Below are positions 52,024 through 61,169 of a DNA stretch of 64,000 nt, piece by piece. The position numbers and the translations under genes are program-made. Source of the DNA: Eledone cirrhosa (lineage: Eukaryota); NCBI GenBank assembly GCA_964016885.1, contig OZ024743.1, forward strand, positions 5,766,001-5,830,000, given 5' to 3'. Each line of letters starts with the position of its first letter. Position 1 is the stretch's first letter. The notes under the pieces are model-generated. The model ran no database searches. It was not told where the DNA came from and saw only the letters and a program-made list of their open reading frames with translations.

Positions 52024-52073
52024 TCTTGTCTGATGACCTTGTGATAAACAGGTGAAACTCCAGAGTAACAAGA
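52024..52073 (+). ncRNA. Candidate type-I hammerhead ribozyme (degenerate stem II)
   Basis: TCTTGT-CTGATGA-ccttgtgataaacaggt-GAAA-CTCcaGAG-TA-ACAAGA: perfect 6-bp stem I, conserved core and a GUA site. Confidence 0.7.
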
Positions 52074-52091
52074 CTCACTATTTAGCCTTAA

Positions 52092-52428
52092 TCATCATCA
52101 TCATCATCATCATCATTTTACGTCTGCTTTTCCCTGCAAGGGGGGGACGGGAACTGATTCTGGCTTGATTTCTACAGCTGGATGCCCTTCCTAACACCAA
52201 CCTCATTTACAGTGAGTGCTGGGTGCTTTTTTGCCGTGGCACCTCCACGACCACTTTGCAGTGGAATGATAGGGACCTCAGTCCCTATCATCTCATTTCT
52301 ACAGCTGAGTAAACTGGAGCAATGTGAAATAAAGTGTCTTGCTCAAGGAAATAACACATCACCCTGTCTGGGAATTGAACTCACAACCTTCCGATTGCAA
52401 GGCCAATGCTCTAACCACTAAGCCATGT

Positions 52429-52432
<4 letters not shown>
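52092..52432 (-). mobile_element. RTE family A tail fragment (52092-52265) next to a tRNA SINE (52275-52432)
   Basis: (CAT)n plus RTE 3' UTR, followed by the reverse complement of the 3695 SINE family. Confidence 0.8.
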
Positions 52433-52485
<53 letters not shown>

Positions 52486-53127
52486 GCAAAAGTTCTATTT
52501 AAATTGTTGGGATACAACAAGCAAATATTTTTATAACTGATATAAAGCACTCGACAAGTATTTGGAGTATATATACGATATTAACAAATGGAAACTATAT
52601 TTACAAAACCATATTTATTTTATTATACATATTTCAAGGATACCATGTTAAATTATGGTATGCCTTCATCAGACAAAATACAATATATACCAGTTTTATA
52701 AATAAACATTGATGTCTTCCAAAAGTAACGGTTGCATTTTGAAAGGGTACGTCAATGTTTATTTATAAAACTGGTATATATTGTATTTTGTTTGATGAAG
52801 GCATACCATAATTTAACATGGTATCCTTGAAATATGTATAATAAAATAAATATGGTTTTATAAATATAGTTTCCATTTGTTAATATCGTATATATATATA
52901 TATATATATACAATATTAAATAAATGGAAACTATATTTATAAAACCATATTTATTTCATTATATATATTTCGGGGATATCTATATATAATGAAATAAATA
53001 TGGTTTTATAAATATAGTTTCCATTTATTTAATATTGTAAATATACTCCAAATATTTGTCGAGTGCTTTTATATCAGTTATAAATATTTACTAGTTGTAA
53101 CCCAACAATTTTAAATATAACTTTCCA
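52486..53127. mobile_element. Compound palindromic non-coding element carrying hammerhead motifs, embedded in (TA)n
   Basis: Arms ~52568-52714 and ~52750-52895 are inverted. Outer arms 52486-52620 and 52990-53127 are inverted, with an extra partial copy at 52909-52980. Confidence 0.85.
52616..52680 (-). ncRNA. Candidate type-I hammerhead ribozyme
   Basis: Minus strand TATTTTGT-CTGATGA-AGGCATACCAT aatttaac ATGGTATCCTT-GAAA-TATGTA-TA-ATAAAATA. The plus-strand mirror at 52784-52848 has TTGATGA. Confidence 0.75.
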
Positions 53128-53170
53128 TATATATATATATATATTTTCTAAGGCGGGTAAAATTCCCGAG

Positions 53171-53204
<34 letters not shown>

Positions 53205-53241
53205 CGGGGTCCTGAATCTTTTCTCATATATATATATATAT

Positions 53242-54721
53242 ATATTGTTATACTTTGGGAGGGTCATGTTGCCAATAAGAAACACACGCACCAGTTGCTT
53301 TCACTTCAATTTATTATAATAAATTTATAATAAATTTATAAATTTCTGGTTGGTTGGTTGGTTCCACAACCAGATAGTTGTTTATATATTGTCATAGTTC
53401 TTTCGTCACACAGTCTGTGACCTCTTCGGTGACTGGGGATTCCTTTCTTTGTTTTTGTGCCTCTCCTTTGTTCTGTCCTACGCCATTTTGTTTCTGTGTG
53501 TGTGTGTTGTGTGCTCAGTCTGCGCATGCGCCACATCCGGGTGTCTGTGTGTGTTTATGTTCATTTATTTATTTGTTTATTTACATGTTACTGGTTGGTT
53601 GTTTGTTCTATGTGTGTGTGTGTTTTCATTTTGTCCTTAATTGTAAGTTGTGATGTTGCTGTTCCACTCATATTTTCTATTTAATTTTGGTTGTAATTCT
53701 TTTATGTTTATTGCCTCTGTGATTTGTCTAAACATTGCGTCTTTTCTGTGTGTAGATTCTATTTTTATTTCTATGTTCTCTAATTTACCCTTGTGTTCTA
53801 TTTTAGCATGTTGGTAGAGTACAGATGATTCTTTACTATCTTGAAGGTCTCGCCAGTGTTCATTTATCCGTTCCCCTACACTACAAGCTGTCTCACCTAT
53901 GTACACTATATTTTTGTCTCTACATTGTCCTTCAGTACATCTTATGCTATACACTACATTTCTAGTTTTACAGTTAATATGGGGGCTTATTTTACAGGTT
54001 ATACATTTCTTATCTATACATGAGGGTCTTTGAAAAGGGTATGTCTTGCTAATAAGTATTTTTACGGAGGTACCTGGTCTTTCTACTATCTTAATATTGA
54101 GTTTATGTTTATCTAGGGCCCTTCTAAATTTGTAAGCTAATTCACCTCTAGGGGTTGTATCGATGAACATTACACTCTGGTATTTATTGCTATCATACCA
54201 TGAGTATATTCTATTAGCCTTGTTCCTAGTTCTTTCTATTCTATTCCAAAATTTGCTCCTATACAAGGGGCAGGTCCCATTTATGTCATTATTTACCATT
54301 TTTTCCCATTTGGTTCTGGCTCCTCTATACACTCTGATTTTATCTCTCTGATTGTAGCCAGAGAACTGCAAACGGTGGATGAAGTGTTGTATGTGTCTCT
54401 CTAGTTCTTCGGGGTTGCACATGCGGGACACGTTTCTCATCACCCGTACCAAATCCGCAATCAGTATGTTGATTTTGGTATGGTCCGAAACGGCCGAGTT
54501 TCGGTGGATCAGATGTTTGGAAGTCATGGGTTTGGCATAATGGGAATGGAGGATTTGTTTTTTGTTATTAATGGTATCTAACCAGAGCTCTGTGTCTAGT
54601 ACAGGTAATCGATGGTTGGGGTGTTTACTTGGGTAGTCTATAGTAACTCTAATGCTCTGGTGGATGGAGTTAGCTATTTGCTGGATGCTTTCCATTGTGT
54701 TTTTCTCTAGTTCCTGACTGT
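53242..54721 (-). mobile_element. Penelope-like element, inverted 5'-truncated arm
   Basis: ORF 53637-54695 with an intact GIY-YIG (NVVY...YIGET..S..ERINEH...EA) plus an inverted pLTR. Confidence 0.95.
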
Positions 54722-55370
54722 ACGGGTGATTAGAAACGTGTCCCGCATGTGCAACCCCGAAGAACTAGAGAGACACATACAACACTTCATCCACCGTATC
54801 CAAATGTATAACCTGTAAAATAAGCCCCCATATTAACTGTAAAACTAGAAATGTAGTGTATAGCATAAGATGTACTGAAGGACAATGTAGAGACAAAAAT
54901 ATAGTGTACATAGGTGAGACAGCTCGTAGTGTAGGGGAACGGATAAATGAACACTGGCAAGACCTTCAAGATAGTAAAGAATCATCTGTACTCTACGAAC
55001 ATGCTAAAATAGAACACAAGGGTAAATTAGAGAACATAGAAATAAAAATAGAATCTACACACAGAAAAGACGCAATGTTTAGACAAATCACAGAGGCAAT
55101 AAACATAAAAGAATTACAACCAAAATTAAATAGAAAATATGAGTGGAACAGCAACATCACAACTTACAATTAAGGACAAAATGAAAACACACACATAGAA
55201 CAAACAACCAACCAGTAACATGTAAATAAACAAATAAATAAATGAACATAAACACACACAGACACCCGGATGTGGCGCATGCGCAGACTGAGCACACAAC
55301 ACACACACAGAAACAAAATGGCGTAGGACAGAACAAAGGAGAGGCACAGAAACAAAGAAAGGAATCCCCA

Positions 55371-55413
55371 GTCACTGAAGAGGTCACAGAGTGTGTGACG
55401 AAAGAACTATGAC
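55371..55413 (+). ncRNA. Minimal type-I hammerhead ribozyme in the Penelope pLTR
   Basis: GTCA-CTGAAGA-gGTCACA gagtg TGTGAC-GAAA-GAAC-TA-TGAC. Confidence 0.75.
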
Positions 55414-58400
55414 AATATATAAACAACTATCTGGTTGTGGAACCAACCAACCAACCAGAAATTTATAAATTTATTATAAATTTATTATAATAAATTGAAG
55501 TGAAAGCAACTGGTGCGTGTGTTTCTTATTGGCAACATGACCCTCCCAAAGTATAACAATATCGGTTTCAACACACGATTTCAGATAAAGAATCTTGCTA
55601 AACAAATTCAGAAACGAAATATCGTAAGCCTTAGCCAGGCTAACAAGATACTGAAAACCATCATGTTCTGTTGTCTACGAAAAACAATAACATCTCGACA
55701 ACTACACTTCATAAAAGAATGTGCCTCGTCCCAAGTTTACACCAACACCATCAACACCGACGTAAGAAGATTACAACTCACCAAAAAACAAGCAGATAGG
55801 CTAAAACGAACACTAATTCTAAACATAAAAAAGAAGATCTATAGAGAATTAAGTCATCAAGAAAAACATAAGCGTAACCTAATACAAGAAATAGCTAGGA
55901 TCACCACACCAAGAGAGAAACTAATATTTATAAGTCCTGAAGAACAGTACATTACTCAAGAATGTGATAAGCACTTTAACAAGAAACTAAAGTGGCTTAA
56001 GCAGATAAAGCTAAATCAGGATACTGTAGAGAATACCAATAGATATCCCGACAAAATTGACGGTATAAATATGGCCGACACCTCATTAACAGATGAGTTC
56101 AACAACAACAACAACAACACAAATATATACGGCAACACAGTAATAGATGACGATGAGATATCTGTATTACGTCTACCCCCGAAATTTGCGACATTCAAGA
56201 AGGTAAATATGATTAGTTGTCTGTCAGAAATAGAAAAATCATTTACAAAACTACGCTGGAGCCTCAAAAACAAAAACAAAAACAAAAGCAACAATATACG
56301 CACACACATATACAACACACATCCCAACAACAACAGACACACAGACACAAACAACAATAACAACAACACACACACCAACAACAACAATAACATACCCAGA
56401 AACAACAACAACAGACACGCAGACACAAACAACAATAACAACACACAACAATAATAACACACACGGAGACAACAACAACACACATCAACAACAGCACACA
56501 TCAACAACAACAACACACACACATTCAATGCCTCTCACCACCACCACAATCTTAACAAACGCACAGACACAGAAAACAAGTAATGACAGTAGCACAGAAA
56601 TCACAGAAATAAGGGAAAGTAATAGGATTAAAAGGAGAAGGGAGACTAAGGACAAAGAAAATAACCAAGACGAACACACAGACACACAAAATAGGGTAGA
56701 TAACAACAATGAACAAGTGGAAAGAGACAGGAGTAATTATGAGAGACATAGAAACAACCATGAGGCTGTTGGTGGAAATAGAAATAGAAACAACACAACT
56801 AACAATAACAATAGCACTAGTACACATAAAGCAGCAGCCTGGAACTCTACTTTTTATAATCCCTCCGATAAATCGTTCGACCTGCGACGAGTCCACGCCA
56901 CGACTTTACCATTTAACAAACGCACGCAATTGCCGTCGCAGGTCGATGAACAAACAGAAGCACAATTTAGTATAGCTAGATCCGAACTTAGAAATATTAT
57001 AGAACAGTATAGCAAAAAGCATAATAGAATGGAGGCGACTGGGAGAAAAATCTGCAAATGGCTTGCGTAAGATCATGCAGCGCTCGCGTAATGGAGAGAT
57101 AGCATGCTTTCCAACAGACAAGTCTGGCAGAATGTCGGTTGACAGCCTGCCAAACTACATCCAGGCAATGCAACCCCACATCACTAACACAAGAGAGGTA
57201 ACACCACAGGAGCATGAGGATAGAGAAAAAGCCCTCAATGACCATATGGTGATGTGGACGAATATAATGCAGCCCAACAAAAGGACTGCCAACAACTTTC
57301 AGGCCTGGAACAATGACGTGCCGGCGTTGTATGGGCTTCGAAAAGACCATAAAACGGGCAGTGACCCTGTCACGGGACCACCAACACGGCCAGTCTGTGG
57401 AGCTAACATTGCTAGTAACTACAGACTGTCCTACTTCCTCTCCCTGATCATACGCCCCATCATTGAGATGTCCCCAGATGTATGTGACAGCACGGAGGAC
57501 CTCCTCAGCAGAATCGGCGAGAGTAACCGATCTAGGGACCTAACAAACTGCATAATAGGTAGTATGGATGTTGTGTCCCTGTATCCATCTATTGATGTGG
57601 ATTTTGCTGTGGAGAAATGCATAGAAATGATCAGTGAGAGCAATGTTGAGTTCCGTGGGATTGATACCAGTGAGCTGGGACTCCTACTTAAACTTACCTA
57701 TAGTAATAATTACCTAGACACATATGACCTTAGCAACCTGTGCCCTACAAGACCAGCAAGAGGCAGACCACCTACCATTACCTCAATGGCCAAGAAAACC
57801 CACACAGATAGATGGAACGGGTGGACCAGAGCCATACGGACACCCGAAAACCACGATGAACTGAAGAAAATGATTGCACATGCGGTGGGGGCCAGCATAA
57901 AACTAAACCTTAAGGAACATATGTTCAAATTTAATGGAAAAACATATGCCCAAGAGGAAGGAGCAGCCATTGGTGTTAGCATTGCAGGCGACATAGCTAA
58001 CTTATTCATGGTATGGTGGGACAGTAGACTTAAACTTAAACTTAAAGAACAATTAGAAGACCCCTTAACCCTGATAATGTACTCCTGCTACGTTGATGAT
58101 ATAAACATCGTAGTTAAGACACCCCCACTAGAGAACAGTCAGGAACTAGAGAAAAACACAATGGAAAGCATCCAGCAAATAGCTAACTCCATCCACCAGA
58201 GCATTAGAGTTACTATAGACTACCCAAGTAAACACCCCAACCATCGATTACCTGTACTAGACACAGAGCTCTGGTTAGATACCATTAATAACAAAAAACA
58301 AATCCTCCATTCCCATTATGCCAAACCCATGACTTACAAACATCTGTTCCACCGAAACTCGGCCGTTTCGGACCATACCAAAATCAACATACTGATTGCG

Positions 58401-59420
58401 GATTTGGTACGGGTGATGAGAAATGTGTTCCGCATGTGCAACCCCGAAGAACTAGAGAGACACATACAACACTTCATCCACCGTATGCAGTTCTCTGGCT
58501 ACAATCAGAGGGATAAAATCAGAGTGTATAGAGGAGCCAGAACCAAATGGGAAAAAATGGTAAATAATGACATAAATGGGACCTGCCCCTTGTATAGGAG
58601 CAAATTTTGGAATAGAATAGAAAGAACTAGGAACAAGGCTAATAGAATATACTCATGGTATGATAGCAATAAATACCAGAGTGTAATGTTCATCGATACA
58701 ACCCCTAGAGGTGAATTAGCTTACAAATTTAGAAGGGCCCTAGATAAACATAAACTCAATATTAAGATAGTAGAAAGACTAGGTACCTCCGTAAAAACAC
58801 TTATTAGCAAGACATACCCTTTTCAAAGACCCTCATGTATAGATAAGAAATGTATAACCTGTAAAATAAGCCCCCATATTAACTGTAAAACTAGAAATGT
58901 AGTGTATAGCATAAGATGTACTGAAGGACAATGTAGAGACAAAAATATAGTGTACATAGGTGAGACAGCTCGTAGTGTAGGGGAACGGATAAATGAACAC
59001 TAGCGAGACCTTCAAGATAGTAAAGAATCATCTGTACTCTACCAACATGCTAAAATAGAACACAAGGGTAAATTAGAGAACATAGAAATAAAAATAGAAT
59101 CTACACACAGAAAAGACGCAATGTTTAGACAAATCACAGAGGCAATAAACATAAAAGAATTACAACCAAAATTAAAAAGAAAATATGAGTGGAACAGCAA
59201 CATCACAACTTACAATTAAGGACAAAATGAAAACACACACGCACATAGAACAAACAACCAACCAGTAACATGTAAATAAACAAATAAATAAATGAACATA
59301 AACACACACAGACACCCGGATGTGGCGCATGCGCAGACTGAGCACACAACACACACACAGAAACAAAATGGCGTAGGATAGAACAAAGGAGAGGCACAAA
59401 AACAAAGAAAGGAATCCCCA

Positions 59421-59463
59421 GTCACTGAAGAGGTCACAGAGTGTGTGACGAAAGAACTATGAC
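59421..59463 (+). ncRNA. Minimal type-I hammerhead ribozyme in the second pLTR
   Basis: Identical to 55371-55413. The inverted-arm copy at 53391-53433 (-) has CCGAAGA in the core. Confidence 0.75.
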
Positions 59464-59702
59464 AATATATAAACAACTATCTGGTTGTGGAACCAACCAA
59501 CCAACCAGAAATTTATAAACTTATAAATTTATTATAAATTTATTATAATAAATTGAAGTGAAAGCAACTGGTGCGTGTGTTTCTTATTGGCAACATGACC
59601 CTCCCAAAGTATAACAATATCGGTTTCAACACACGATTTCAGATAAAGAATCTTGCTAAACAAATTCAGAAACGAAATATATATATATATATATACATAT
59701 GA

Positions 59703-59809
59703 GAAAAGATTCAGGACCCCGACGAGTGAGCTCTGGCCGTTTCGACAGCTAGTTCGGATTTAGCTGTTAAAACGACTGGAGCTCAGCCGTTGGGGTCCTG
59801 AATCTTTTC
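59703..59809. repeat. 107-nt GC-balanced hairpin
   Basis: GAAAAGATTCAGGACCCC...GGGGTCCTGAATCTTTTC closes an ~50-bp stem with a few wobbles and mismatches. Confidence 0.9.
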
Positions 59810-61169
59810 ATATTACCCACTCTCCTACCCCAAGTATCGAGTAATCTGGTGGGTTAGGGTCTATCTGGTTTTTTACAACACCCTATCTGATATATATAGG
59901 TTACTCAGACAGTATGAATAAGGAAAACTTAGAGTGGGGGTGGAGATTTAATTGACATGGGTTAATTAAGATAGGGTGGACAGGGTGGTGGTGGCAGTGG
60001 GGGACAGGGCTTTCCTGATGATTTCTTTTGAATGAAACAGTGTTAGTCCTGTAGAATCCATTTCTATTTTAAATTATATATATATACATATATATATGTG
60101 TGTGTATGTATGTATGTATGTATGTATCATAGCTTTTTAAAAATCAAAATTGATCCGTATAGCCTCATTTTTGTTCATCTAAGATTTGTTCATGTATTTT
60201 ATGTGCAAATGTTTCATATATTATTCATAGATTAGTGGCATATCTATAACTCTGATGGACTCTCACATTTTCAGATATATACATGGAAGTTGTTTAGTCA
60301 GTGAACTAATTAGCTGTTGCTTTTGAATTTCTAATAATAGTACTGAAAAGTTGAAAATGTTTCATACATTTATCAACTTAAGTCATAAGGCACCAGGAAT
60401 TTTCAATTTGTTGCTGGACTGCAGTATTTTGTTGGCATCTACCATTGTTATATAACTTTTTGTGTCACTTTTATATTGTCCTAATATGTTTTTTTTACCA
60501 TTGATATCTACAGGAAAAGGTGTCAATAGAGAAAAACTCTCACGAGTTGCAGCTCTGGGAAGAAATGAGTAGGCAAAGATGGAAGTTGCTGGCGTCTCAA
60601 TGATGAGACACAGTTAGGAGTTACAAAGAGAGACAATTCTAGTGGGCATTGGTATAAAAGGTATGCAAATAGCTAGTTCAGATGGGAAGGACCATTGTAG
60701 TAGTATTAGACGAGACAAACAAATAGACAGCTTTCTTTAGCAATGGAGTTTAGGATGTTTGTGAGTGTGTAAAAACACCACCATCCTACACATGTGAGCA
60801 TTACTTCAATGTAAGTCTCACTTGAACTTTGTAGAGTGCCCGGAATTGATATAAATTATCTTCCTGCTGAAAAGAAGAAACCTGATCTTTAGTATGCAGT
60901 TTACATAATGTTATAGGAAGTTGACAGAGACTCTCAGAGATTGCCACAAAAGTCGTCTTAACTGAGTGTTATTCATATGTAAAGTGATACAAGATTGTTT
61001 CCGTGATATGTGTAATTATTGTTGTTGCTGTTGTGATTATTTGATCGATATGTCAACATTTATATGCCTAAATCAGAGGTGGATTATCAGTGTGGGCAAT
61101 GCCTGGTAGGCCTCTGGGCTGAGAAAAAAAGTCAGCTGCTGCACAAAGATTGAAACAGAAATGGAATGT

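Larger units (their letters stand above)
54721..59680 (+). mobile_element. Penelope-like element, near full length, partial tandem with pLTRs
   Basis: 54802-55622 directly repeats 58848-59680. ORF pieces are 55513-56454, 56528-57070 and 57063-59003, with PTDKSG, LYGLRKDHK, RPV, SMDVVSLYPSI, GAAIG, YVDD, LPVLD and GIY-YIG. The ORF is broken by frameshifts and a TGG>TAG change at 59001. Confidence 0.97.

Noticed and set aside
56016-56528. Leu/Val/Cys-rich minus-strand ORFs resembling membrane or metallothionein proteins
   Set aside because: They are translations of the reverse complement of (AAC)n/(AC)n tracts.
59703-59809. Hammerhead within the hairpin (CGAAACGGCC on the minus strand)
   Set aside because: No properly placed CUGANGA core.
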